Below, in pieces: positions 47,242-54,820 of a DNA stretch of 64,000 nucleotides. The notes under the pieces are model-generated. The model saw only the letters and a list, made by a program, of their open reading frames with translations. It was not told where the DNA came from and did no database searches. The stretch lies in IMG/VR virus record IMGVR_UViG_3300034175_000062, positions 1-64,000 of that record. One strand, given 5' to 3'. The DNA is from a virus. Positions within the stretch are counted from its first letter, which is position 1. Every line of letters begins with the position of its first letter. The position numbers were made by a program, and so were the translations under genes.

Positions 47242-47439
47242 TTAAGCTGATGGAATGCCGTTGTTCATTCGATAGAGGCGAACTTGTTCTAGGACATCGT
47301 CCTCGCTCTGGAGTTCCAGCAGTGCATCGCACGTCATCATGTCGGTGACGATCTCTGCATCAGTCATTCCCTCGAACGTATAGCCATTTTCAGCTGCGTT
47401 CTCAAAGGCTTCCTTAACGAGTTCGGCGAGCGTTATCAT
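47242..47439 (-). CDS. acidic hypothetical early protein
   Basis: AGGAG RBS, promoter. Confidence 0.72.
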   Translation of the reverse strand: MITLAELVKEAFENAAENGYTFEGMTDAEIVTDMMTCDALLELQSEDDVLEQVRLYRMNNGIPSA

Positions 47440-47488
47440 GATGATCTCCTATCCAATAAAGAGATACTACCACGATATGATCAAATTG

Positions 47489-47674
47489 TCAATGACGATG
47501 TTTGATCTCTCGAATGAGTACGCAGGCCGAGAGGATGACGGCCAGGGCGAAGAACAGCATGCCAGCCGCTCCGAACCAGTTGGCCAGACTCTCGCTACCG
47601 TGTGCTAGGAACCCCGACGACATGCTGATGCAGACGAAGCTCACAACCACGGATACGATCAGTATGAAGAGCAT
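47489..47674 (-). CDS. two-TM membrane protein
   Basis: Two hydrophobic segments; coupled. Confidence 0.65.
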   Translation of the reverse strand: MLFILIVSVVVSFVCISMSSGFLAHGSESLANWFGAAGMLFFALAVILSACVLIREIKHRH

Positions 47675-47988
47675 CAGCTGGCCCTCTCCCTCATCTGCTC
47701 GATCTCTGCCAGGCCGATGACTCGTGCCGTTCCGTTCTCGATCTTGGTCTTCAACTCGGCTAGCTCGTTCGTAACGCGCTTGTCGAGGATCTCCACGATC
47801 CGGTCGGAAGTCGCACCAGCCAGCATGCTCTTGATCTCGTCTTCCGACGTCTGCTTAGCCAGCTGGAGAGCGTGCATGCATGCAGTGACGGTCAGAAAGT
47901 TTACGGCGTTGGGCCGTTGGATGAACGATTCAGACGCCGTCCGCATCTCGTTGGTGCAGATCATGATGGCGTGCTTCTTCATTCCCAT
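47674..47988 (-). CDS. hypothetical early protein
   Basis: GGGAG RBS, promoter. Confidence 0.7.
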   Translation of the reverse strand: MGMKKHAIMICTNEMRTASESFIQRPNAVNFLTVTACMHALQLAKQTSEDEIKSMLAGATSDRIVEILDKRVTNELAELKTKIENGTARVIGLAEIEQMRERAS

Positions 47989-48038
47989 TCGTAGTCTCCC
48001 TTATTTGATGACCCATTCTATCACGTGATAGGAAATTG

Positions 48039-48539
48039 TCAATCACTTTGTTCTTCGTCTGTCTCCGGCTTATAGTTTTCCCAGTCGATCTTAGGGAGGA
48101 CCATGACGTAGAATACGCCCTCGGCTTGATCGAGCCCCTTCGTGATCGTGATCAGGTTGACATCGATCCCAGCGACCTCACATTCTGCACGAATGCGTTT
48201 GTCGAGCTGATGGATGATGGTTCGTTCATCGTGCCAGTAGAAGACGCGGTTGTGCCACAACTGGATGATGGCTGGAGCGTTCTCCTTCGAGGTAAACGAG
48301 TCGCTCATCTCCCACGACTTGTAGATCTCGGCGTCCATGTGCTCCTGGATGAGCGTGGCGTCGCCGTTGTCGAACAGCTGCGCCTTATAAGGCTGGTCGT
48401 GCTCCGTCGTCCAGATCAGCCAATAGCCACCGTTCATCTCGAACTTGAAGAAGATCGACTCGCGGATGTCCCAGCTGTTGATAAACTCATCGAGACCCGG
48501 CAGCGTTGTGGTCCGAAATGCACCGTTCATATCGAGCAT
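48039..48539 (-). CDS. hypothetical early protein
   Basis: GGGAG RBS before ATG 48539, promoter. Confidence 0.72.
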   Translation of the reverse strand: MLDMNGAFRTTTLPGLDEFINSWDIRESIFFKFEMNGGYWLIWTTEHDQPYKAQLFDNGDATLIQEHMDAEIYKSWEMSDSFTSKENAPAIIQLWHNRVFYWHDERTIIHQLDKRIRAECEVAGIDVNLITITKGLDQAEGVFYVMVLPKIDWENYKPETDEEQSD

Positions 48540-48629
48540 GGTGATCTCCCTATCCAATAAGAAGATACTAATACAAACAAGAAAAAACGTCAAGGCATAT
48601 TTCAGCCTTGACGTTTGATGTAGTTCGGA

Positions 48630-48896
48630 TTAGGCTAGCTGAAGTTGCTGGGTGCTATCCCAGAGCTTTCTCTCGAGTTCCTCGAGTCCCGAGCCGTCGT
48701 ATGCAGCAATGGGGATCTTGTTGATCGTAACGATATAGAACTCTGGGCCGATCTCCTCGATCCAGCCCACGATACGATCTTGTGGGTCGCGATATATGAA
48801 GCCGATAGGTGTAACACCCGGGACATCTACATCGCGGCCTAGATTGGTTGTGTATCGTCTAAGAGCGATAAACGCATCGAAGTCGAACATAGCCAT
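48630..48896 (-). CDS. hypothetical early protein
   Basis: GGAG RBS; GFIYRD..I...FYIVTI...LEELERKLW. Confidence 0.7.
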   Translation of the reverse strand: MAMFDFDAFIALRRYTTNLGRDVDVPGVTPIGFIYRDPQDRIVGWIEEIGPEFYIVTINKIPIAAYDGSGLEELERKLWDSTQQLQLA

Positions 48897-48929
48897 GACA
48901 TTTCTCCGTCCCCCCGCATAGGTGGACGT

Positions 48930-49106
48930 TTAGAGGGACTTGTACTTCTCGCTGCCGTTCGAGCGAGCGAAGCGATCAAATACGCTCTTCGCATTGTCAG
49001 CCGAGGTAGCGCCGGACTTGAACTTGGACTTGCCGGTCGACATGGGAACCTTCATAACACGAACAGGTTTACCGTCGCGACCGATGTTGGTAATAGGCAT
49101 GCTCAT
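48930..49106 (-). CDS. 58-aa basic protein (MSMPITNIGRDGKPVRVMKV...), not in ORF track
   Basis: Read manually; GGAGAG RBS after TTTACA-N17-TAAGAT. Confidence 0.6.
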   Translation of the reverse strand: MSMPITNIGRDGKPVRVMKVPMSTGKSKFKSGATSADNAKSVFDRFARSNGSEKYKSL

Positions 49107-49170
49107 ATTTCTCTCTCCATGCTGAGGGTTTCATCTTAACACAGGATAAGGCAGATGTAAACCCACTTTG

Positions 49171-49359
49171 TTAAACGACAGGAAAATAATTTACCTGCCA
49201 AGAACGGCCAGACCGTGATATAATGGCATACTCGGTCGGCTCGTTGTGAGCGTCTAGGAGGGCGCCTGGCTTTCTATATAGCAGCCCGCCGTCCTTGACG
49301 TCGTAATGGATCGTGTAACCAGACTCGATAACGAGCTTGATGGCGTTCTTCTTCGTCAT
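49171..49359 (-). CDS. hypothetical early protein
   Basis: Coupled operon. Confidence 0.62.
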   Translation of the reverse strand: MTKKNAIKLVIESGYTIHYDVKDGGLLYRKPGALLDAHNEPTEYAIISRSGRSWQVNYFPVV

Positions 49360-49610
49360 CAGCTGATTGGCTGTTTGTACGTGAAGATGCCCTGCTTGTT
49401 CTCGACCTCATAGATCACGTTGTCGATTGTGACAGACTGCGCAACGCGGTTCTCGTCTTCACTGATCGACTGTAGGTTACCGAGAAGCGAACCCTGGATG
49501 TACCCGTCTGGGTCTTCCTTGTTGAAGTCGAGGATTCGAATAAGGTCGTTGTGTATCTCGTAAGTCATCGTCCAAACGTACGATGCGATGACCATTGCTG
49601 CTTTCTTCAA
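49359..49610 (-). CDS. hypothetical early protein
   Basis: Coupled operon. Confidence 0.6.
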   Translation of the reverse strand: MKKAAMVIASYVWTMTYEIHNDLIRILDFNKEDPDGYIQGSLLGNLQSISEDENRVAQSVTIDNVIYEVENKQGIFTYKQPIS

Positions 49611-49870
49611 ACTATTGTTCCATTTGCTTTACACACGAACTCGAGCATGACGCGATGTGCTACGTCACCAGGAAGATCGCTAAATCGATTATGATACTCC
49701 GCGCCATCGGCGTCGAAGAAGGTGAAGTGGAACTCGGTGGGATGACGATTCGATGGTATCACTTTACCAGTACGAAACGGACGCTTGAGATGATCCCATG
49801 GTCCTGTCTTCGATGGTATGAAACAGGCTCGACGATCTAGTAAGAAACGCGTCGGCACTTTAATCGTCAT
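49607..49870 (-). CDS. hypothetical early protein
   Basis: ATG overlaps the end of the ArfA-like ORF. Confidence 0.62.
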   Translation of the reverse strand: MTIKVPTRFLLDRRACFIPSKTGPWDHLKRPFRTGKVIPSNRHPTEFHFTFFDADGAEYHNRFSDLPGDVAHRVMLEFVCKANGTIV

Positions 49871-49994
49871 AGTCGAGTTCTCTCTTGAACGCACGACGGT
49901 TATAGGAGGAACCCTTGCCTTTGAACAGGGGCTCGGAACGAGGTTGGAATTGACCCTGGGAGAGGCCGGCTGCGATGACGTTACGCTTCTTCAT
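49860..49994 (-). CDS. ArfA-like alternative ribosome-rescue peptide (44 aa), not in ORF track
   Basis: MKKRNVIAAGLSQGQFQPRSEPLFKGKGSSYNRRAFKRELDYDD; AAAGGA RBS; first gene after TTGACA-N17-TAGACT. Confidence 0.68.
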   Translation of the reverse strand: MKKRNVIAAGLSQGQFQPRSEPLFKGKGSSYNRRAFKRELDYDD

Positions 49995-50064
49995 GGTGTG
50001 TTCCTTTCGAAGCTTAGTCTAACACAGCCTCCTCAAATTGTCAACCGTTGACATTCAGTTGTAT

Positions 50065-50340
50065 TTAGCTTATCTTCAACCCACGGTCAAGACGGGCTGC
50101 AATAGCCTTCGACCGTACGTAGACCTTAGATGCTGTAGTGAAGGCGTAGTTGCTTCGCTGGGCGACTAGGACACCATCTCGTGGGCCTCGTGGTCGGTAC
50201 CACCAGTGGTCCTTATCGAGCGTCCATCGACCGTACTTTTCGCCGGGATTGAACAGAGAACCGTGACCATCACGCACGTTCTTCTCACGACCAAGGCGTA
50301 GTGCCCGTTGGTCCATCGTCTCGTTCTGTATGTCGGACAT
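50065..50340 (-). CDS. basic hypothetical protein with RBS-sequestering leader hairpin
   Basis: ATG 50340 with GGAG inside a long hairpin 50340-50416. Confidence 0.65.
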   Translation of the reverse strand: MSDIQNETMDQRALRLGREKNVRDGHGSLFNPGEKYGRWTLDKDHWWYRPRGPRDGVLVAQRSNYAFTTASKVYVRSKAIAARLDRGLKIS

Positions 50341-50472
50341 TCCATGCTCCGTAGGGTGTGGGCGCCGACGAGATTGGAAAGGGGTTCGTCGGCGCCCACT
50401 GCGGTATAGCATGGAAGGAGTTCAACCGCCCATGCATTATAACACGCAGATGGGAAAATGTCAAGGGCTATT

Positions 50473-50694
50473 TTAACCCTCGACTAGCTCTCTTGCTTCG
50501 ATGTTTGTTTGTGCGAGCACCTTAACCTCGGCGAGGCGGAGCATGCTGGCAGCACCACCCGGCCAGGACTTTACGACCGCTTCGAACCGCTTGATCGCGT
50601 TCTCAGGAGTGTCACGGAATCGGCTACCAGTCGACTCCCAGCCAATCGGGTGTACGTACGTTTCGATGACATACGAGACACAGCCTTTCGCCAT
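50473..50694 (-). CDS. hypothetical early protein
   Basis: GGGAG RBS. Confidence 0.68.
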   Translation of the reverse strand: MAKGCVSYVIETYVHPIGWESTGSRFRDTPENAIKRFEAVVKSWPGGAASMLRLAEVKVLAQTNIEARELVEG

Positions 50695-50695
50695 G

Positions 50696-50974
50696 TTAGC
50701 GAGCTCCCTTATGTTCGAACCAAGCCTTAGCGATGAAGTTCTCTTCGAGGTAGGTCACGATCTTCTTCTCGGCTTCATCGTCCTCTGCGTTAGCATGAAG
50801 CTCCTCCCACGTCTTACCGCAGGCAAGCTGGAAGCCGATGATATCGTACCAGTACTCGACCCACCGCTTTGGATGAACCTCGACACCGAGCATAGCACAC
50901 AGCTCTTTGTCCACCTCTTCGAGGGGAACGACCTGTCCGGTACGCTTGGATGTTAGACTAAAGCAGTTCGGCAT
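50696..50974 (-). CDS. hypothetical early protein
   Basis: MPNCFSLT...WYDIIGF; AGGAGG RBS, promoter. Confidence 0.75.
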   Translation of the reverse strand: MPNCFSLTSKRTGQVVPLEEVDKELCAMLGVEVHPKRWVEYWYDIIGFQLACGKTWEELHANAEDDEAEKKIVTYLEENFIAKAWFEHKGAR

Positions 50975-51033
50975 AGCCGTTTCCTCCTATCCGTTACTAT
51001 GATACTAACACGATAGGAGGAAAACGTCAAGGG

Positions 51034-51414
51034 CTATTTCATACGCCAGACCATCAGGTACTTCTGCTCGAGATATCGAGTGTACCAGTGGTACTTGCCC
51101 TTCGCGTTGATCGCATAGAGCTGTTGGCGGAATCGTTGAGCCTCGTGGGGAGGCATCTCGTAGATCGAATTGGCTGCGATCGGGAGCTCCATAGCATGAG
51201 CTATGATGTTCGCATATCCCTTAATCACGCTTGGCTGAGGTGAGCTGATGCCCTGCTCAGAGGGTGAAGCTGATTGGCTGGGAGATTCTACCATAGGAGA
51301 ATACCACCTCTCGGACAAGGTCTTATCCTTGGTCCGAGCTAGTCGCTTGGCGAGGAGACGCTTGGGCTCCTTGATCCGCCGGTCAGCCACTCGATTCTGA
51401 AGTCTTAACGTCAT
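51034..51414 (-). CDS. hypothetical early protein
   Basis: GGAGG RBS, promoter. Confidence 0.72.
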   Translation of the reverse strand: MTLRLQNRVADRRIKEPKRLLAKRLARTKDKTLSERWYSPMVESPSQSASPSEQGISSPQPSVIKGYANIIAHAMELPIAANSIYEMPPHEAQRFRQQLYAINAKGKYHWYTRYLEQKYLMVWRMK

Positions 51415-51480
51415 ACATCCTCCATGCTACGTATAACCTATTTTATACACATGACTGGATAAAGTAAAGGCCTTATTACC

Positions 51481-51509
51481 TTGACAATTTACTCGATGCT
51501 GTATATAAT
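51481..51509 (+). promoter_or_regulatory. perfect-consensus sigma70 promoter
   Basis: TTGACA-N17-TATAAT. Confidence 0.85.
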
Positions 51510-51510
51510 G

Positions 51511-51725
51511 CCTATGGCCTTTCAAACACAGTAGTATGATCAGTTAGAAGGGATCTGAGAGGATCTAACTGATAGATTGTTAGTCCTACCATATCAGTGG
51601 TAAGTGACTCAGAGGGCACTCAGATTAACTACAGCATAGGGATATGAGATGTATGTACGTGTATGCTGTATCTGTCTTACGCACAAACAAAAAGAGGGAA
51701 CCCATTGCTGAGCTCCCTCTTTGTT
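51511..51725 (+). ncRNA. candidate structured non-coding RNA (about 210 nt)
   Basis: Follows the consensus promoter; stems CCTATG/CATAGG, GTAGT/ACTAC, ATCAGTTAGA/TCTAACTGAT; ends at hairpin AAAGAGGGA/TCCCTCTTT. Confidence 0.55.
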
Positions 51726-51726
51726 G
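51688..51726. terminator. likely bidirectional intrinsic terminator
   Basis: CAAAAAGAGGGA...TCCCTCTTTGTT between convergent units. Confidence 0.7.
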
Positions 51727-51745
51727 GACCGAAGTGGTGTGGCTG

Positions 51746-52393
51746 TTAGGCCGTGACCGGCTCCTTGCCGTCCACCGTCTGGCCGGGTGCGAGATCGGCC
51801 TGTTCGGCTTCCTTCTGCTCCTCGATCTTCTCGGCCACCGGCTCGGGGACCGCGACCACGAACCCAGCGAGCTTCACCGCGTAGTCGCCGAAGTCCTTGA
51901 ACTCGGCCTTGATCCAGGCGATCCGCTCTTCGTCGGTGGTGAGGGCCTGGTAAGCCGTGACCTGATCGCCGACGATCACATGGCCCCGAGCGCGATCCCA
52001 GCTGAGATCCTTACCGCGAACCCCGCGGCCGAAAGCGTCTTCGACGGTGGAGAGATTGGGCGTTTCGCCCTGGCTGTAATAATGGGCGAAGAAGTTGGCC
52101 GCCTTCGAACCAGCCCGCTTGGGGTTCTTGGCGCAGAGCACCATCAGCGGGGTCGGCTCGTTGGAAACCTCGGTGATCGGCGCCGTCTCGGTGGTGTTTT
52201 CCGATTCGACCCGCGGCGGCGGCATCAGTTCGACCGAACCGGTCTCGGTGGAAGCATCGGTCGAACCCGTGGTCTCGGTGTTCTCGGTGCCGGTGACGTT
52301 CGCCGTGGACTGGTTGAGGGCTGCCTTGCGGCTGCGCGATGCCTTGCGAGCCGAATCGGGGGTCGCGGTGGGGAGCTGATCGAGGTTTGCCAT
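51746..52393 (-). CDS. early protein with NPK-domain and disordered N-terminus (paralogue of 37168-37503)
   Basis: AKNPKRAGSKAANFFAHY..TVEDAFGRGVRGKDLSWDRARG; GC-rich codons. Confidence 0.82.
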   Translation of the reverse strand: MANLDQLPTATPDSARKASRSRKAALNQSTANVTGTENTETTGSTDASTETGSVELMPPPRVESENTTETAPITEVSNEPTPLMVLCAKNPKRAGSKAANFFAHYYSQGETPNLSTVEDAFGRGVRGKDLSWDRARGHVIVGDQVTAYQALTTDEERIAWIKAEFKDFGDYAVKLAGFVVAVPEPVAEKIEEQKEAEQADLAPGQTVDGKEPVTA

Positions 52394-52601
52394 GGTATAA
52401 TTCCTTTTCTTCTTGCCGTAGGGAGGGGTTATTCCCTTCCTATGCTCCCTTTATAACTTGCATTCCACCCCTTGTATATAACTATTTTGAAGGTCCGTGC
52501 ACTTTATTTCATGATAAGATGGTTAATAGGGATCACGCCTTATAGATCTGTGTACAAGTATACGCGTATAGGGGAATATAGGATATGATGGGAAAAAGGC
52601 C

Positions 52602-52630
52602 TTTACAGCGAGGGGTTCTCGGATTATAAG
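52602..52630 (+). promoter_or_regulatory. sigma70-type promoter, divergent
   Basis: TTTACA-N17-TATAAG. Confidence 0.65.
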
Positions 52631-52668
52631 GGCTCTAGTTAGTTGTTAGCATGGAAGGTTACAACAGC

Positions 52669-53568
52669 ATGACCACAAACATCGGCACCATCAATCGACA
52701 GTGGAAGTCGAACGCGCGAAAGCAGGGAGCCACGCAGGATACTGGCACTGCGGTCATCCAGTTGCGTCCCAACGAGCTCCCGGACTACAATCCGAAGGAA
52801 ACCGACGCCGACATCAAGAAGAAGTTGAAGGAGCGCTTCGAGATCCTCGAAGCGATGACCGAAGACGCCATCTCCGGTGAGGTTCGCGGTTTGATCGTAT
52901 CCGGTCCTCCGGGCGTCGGTAAGACGTACCAGATCGATAAGGCGCTGGAAGAATACGACGAGACCGGCGAGCTCTACACGACCTCATCTGGTTACGTCAA
53001 GGCGACCGGGCTCTACAAGCTGCTTTATAAGCATCGCCACAAGAACCAGATCGTAAAATTCGATGACGCTGACTCTGTCTGGTTCGACGAGAATGCGCTG
53101 AACTTCATGAAGATCGCGACCGATTCGATCAACAAGCGCATCCTGACATATGGCGCTGAATATAACATGGTCGATGACGACGGCACCCCGATCCCACGCT
53201 CCTTCGAGTTCGAGGGTTCGGCCATCTTCGTGACCAACCTCGACTTTGATCGCCAGATCGATCGCGGTACCAAGCTCGCTCCTCATATGGAAGCGATGAT
53301 CAGCCGGTCCCACTATATCGATCTCGGTATGAAGACTAAGCGCGATTATCTCGTCCGCATCTATATGGTCGCCGAGCAGGGGTTCCTCAAGAACATCGGC
53401 CTTGATGACGCGATGCAGTTGGAGGTGTTGAACTACATCGCCAATAACATGGGCCATCTCCGTGAGCTGTCCCTCCGCATGGCGCTGAAGATCGGCACCC
53501 TGCGCAAGTCGAAGCCGGCGTCCTGGGAGCGTATCGCTAACCTGACCTGCTGCCGCGGTATCTCGTAA
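52669..53568 (+). CDS. phage AAA+ ATPase
   Basis: GPPGVGKT Walker A, KFDDAD Walker B, FVTN sensor, LRELSLR. Confidence 0.88.
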   Translation: MTTNIGTINRQWKSNARKQGATQDTGTAVIQLRPNELPDYNPKETDADIKKKLKERFEILEAMTEDAISGEVRGLIVSGPPGVGKTYQIDKALEEYDETGELYTTSSGYVKATGLYKLLYKHRHKNQIVKFDDADSVWFDENALNFMKIATDSINKRILTYGAEYNMVDDDGTPIPRSFEFEGSAIFVTNLDFDRQIDRGTKLAPHMEAMISRSHYIDLGMKTKRDYLVRIYMVAEQGFLKNIGLDDAMQLEVLNYIANNMGHLRELSLRMALKIGTLRKSKPASWERIANLTCCRGIS

Positions 53569-53570
53569 CG

Positions 53571-53756
53571 ATGCCAAGCTATACCGGCAAGACAAAGCCG
53601 ATTAAGCGCCCTATAGTAGCGTGCTTGGGCCACCCGAACAGTCACAATCGGGTGGTCCTCGTACTGGAATGCGGTCATCGAGTGAGTCGCGATAAGCGTG
53701 GCGCACCATCGACCAACGTCGTATGTTCGGAGTGCAGCAATGGTAGAAATCGATAA
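53571..53756 (+). CDS. small zinc-finger protein
   Basis: LECGH...CSEC. Confidence 0.65.
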   Translation: MPSYTGKTKPIKRPIVACLGHPNSHNRVVLVLECGHRVSRDKRGAPSTNVVCSECSNGRNR

Positions 53757-54231
53757 CACCGAAGTCAAAAAGCTGTGGAACCTCTACGGCGGGTCGCAGC
53801 ATGGTCCCCATGTCGAGCAGTACTTCATCGAGGAGCAGAAGTTCTACATCTTCGCTCGTGAGCTGATCATCGCTGCTCAGAATAAGGCGATGGATGCGCT
53901 TGCTGAAGATCTGACCAGCCGCGATCTGCCTGGTCATATTGCTGATCAGATCCGCGACTCATGCCGTGAAGTGCTCGGCAAAGTGGTGATGATCGACGAC
54001 AGCATTAAGATCGCGGATGCTGTCGTTGCTAAGATCACTTCCATGATCGTTGATCATGCCGGTCCGCCGAAGAAGTTGTTTGAAGCTTATGCGTTGGTTG
54101 AGCGCATCGCGAAGATGGGCTGGGTCAATAGCAAGCCGAACGTCGACTTCGAAGACTTCCAGGACGAGGCAATTGCCATCACCGGTCTGGCACCGGGCGA
54201 CCAACGACACGGTAACGCAAGCGAGGTATAA
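53740..54231 (+). CDS. hypothetical protein
   Basis: GGAG RBS before ATG 53740. Confidence 0.68.
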   Translation: MVEIDNTEVKKLWNLYGGSQHGPHVEQYFIEEQKFYIFARELIIAAQNKAMDALAEDLTSRDLPGHIADQIRDSCREVLGKVVMIDDSIKIADAVVAKITSMIVDHAGPPKKLFEAYALVERIAKMGWVNSKPNVDFEDFQDEAIAITGLAPGDQRHGNASEV

Positions 54232-54232
54232 C

Positions 54233-54457
54233 ATGCACCCATACATCGGCACTATTCTGCTGATCGTGACGTTGGCTATTCAGCTTAGCCTCCACGTTCT
54301 CTGTGCGTACCTGGTCGTCCTCGCCTGGGATACGTATCGTGGGCTGCCGAAAGGCTTCCCGATCTTCACCACTGGTATCGCACTGTTGTCGGTCATCGTC
54401 GTAAACGTGCTGTACATTCCGGTGTTCGCTAACATCATGCACATGATAAGGGGATGA
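54233..54457 (+). CDS. two-TM membrane protein
   Basis: GAGG RBS; hydrophobic. Confidence 0.65.
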   Translation: MHPYIGTILLIVTLAIQLSLHVLCAYLVVLAWDTYRGLPKGFPIFTTGIALLSVIVVNVLYIPVFANIMHMIRG

Positions 54458-54460
54458 TCA

Positions 54461-54772
54461 ATGGATAGGTTACACAGCATTCCGACGTATGAGGTGTCTG
54501 CCACGCCGATGACGTACGTGCTGCTCTTCATGATGCTGCTGTTCATGTTCGTCGTGGAACGATGGGTATTCAGAGCCCTTTTCAGCAATGCATTTCACAG
54601 CATGGTATTCTCCTACCTCTTGACGGGTTTTGCCTTTCTTGCACTCCCTATGTCACTTCTTGTCCCTGCTACTAATGCACTGGGGGTGATCTGGTTGACT
54701 GTCACGTGGCCGGTATGGATGATCTTTACGTTTATGCCGAACTGGCTGATCCCGTACATCTTCACAGTCTAG
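54461..54772 (+). CDS. multi-TM membrane protein
   Basis: Three hydrophobic segments. Confidence 0.65.
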   Translation: MDRLHSIPTYEVSATPMTYVLLFMMLLFMFVVERWVFRALFSNAFHSMVFSYLLTGFAFLALPMSLLVPATNALGVIWLTVTWPVWMIFTFMPNWLIPYIFTV

Positions 54773-54820
54773 TTGACAATTTCTAGCGGCTGGTTTATCT
54801 AATAACCAGAAGGAGTGCTA

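Larger units (their letters stand above)
37555..52480 (-). repeat. dispersed family of about 25 sigma70-type early promoter cassettes (PeSL-like)
   Basis: Consensus AAAATAGYCC-TTKAC(A/G)-N16/17-TAG(A/T)AT-GGGTGTATAAGGAGA. Copies near 37570, 38195, 38550, 39510, 40030, 40745, 41185, 41510, 42165, 42890, 43425, 44395, 45165, 46020, 46375, 47040, 47480, 48030, 48580, 49145, 50030, 50450, 51015, 51455, 52465. Confidence 0.88.

Noticed and set aside
37555-52480. Dispersed repeats as a CRISPR array, IS ends or attC sites
   Set aside because: Repeats are degenerate, separated by whole genes and match -35/-10/RBS elements; no cas, transposase or integrase gene in the window
52984-53595. 203-aa minus-strand ORF (and 56906-57628)
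   Set aside because: Shadow frames of the AAA ATPase and the 290-aa gene
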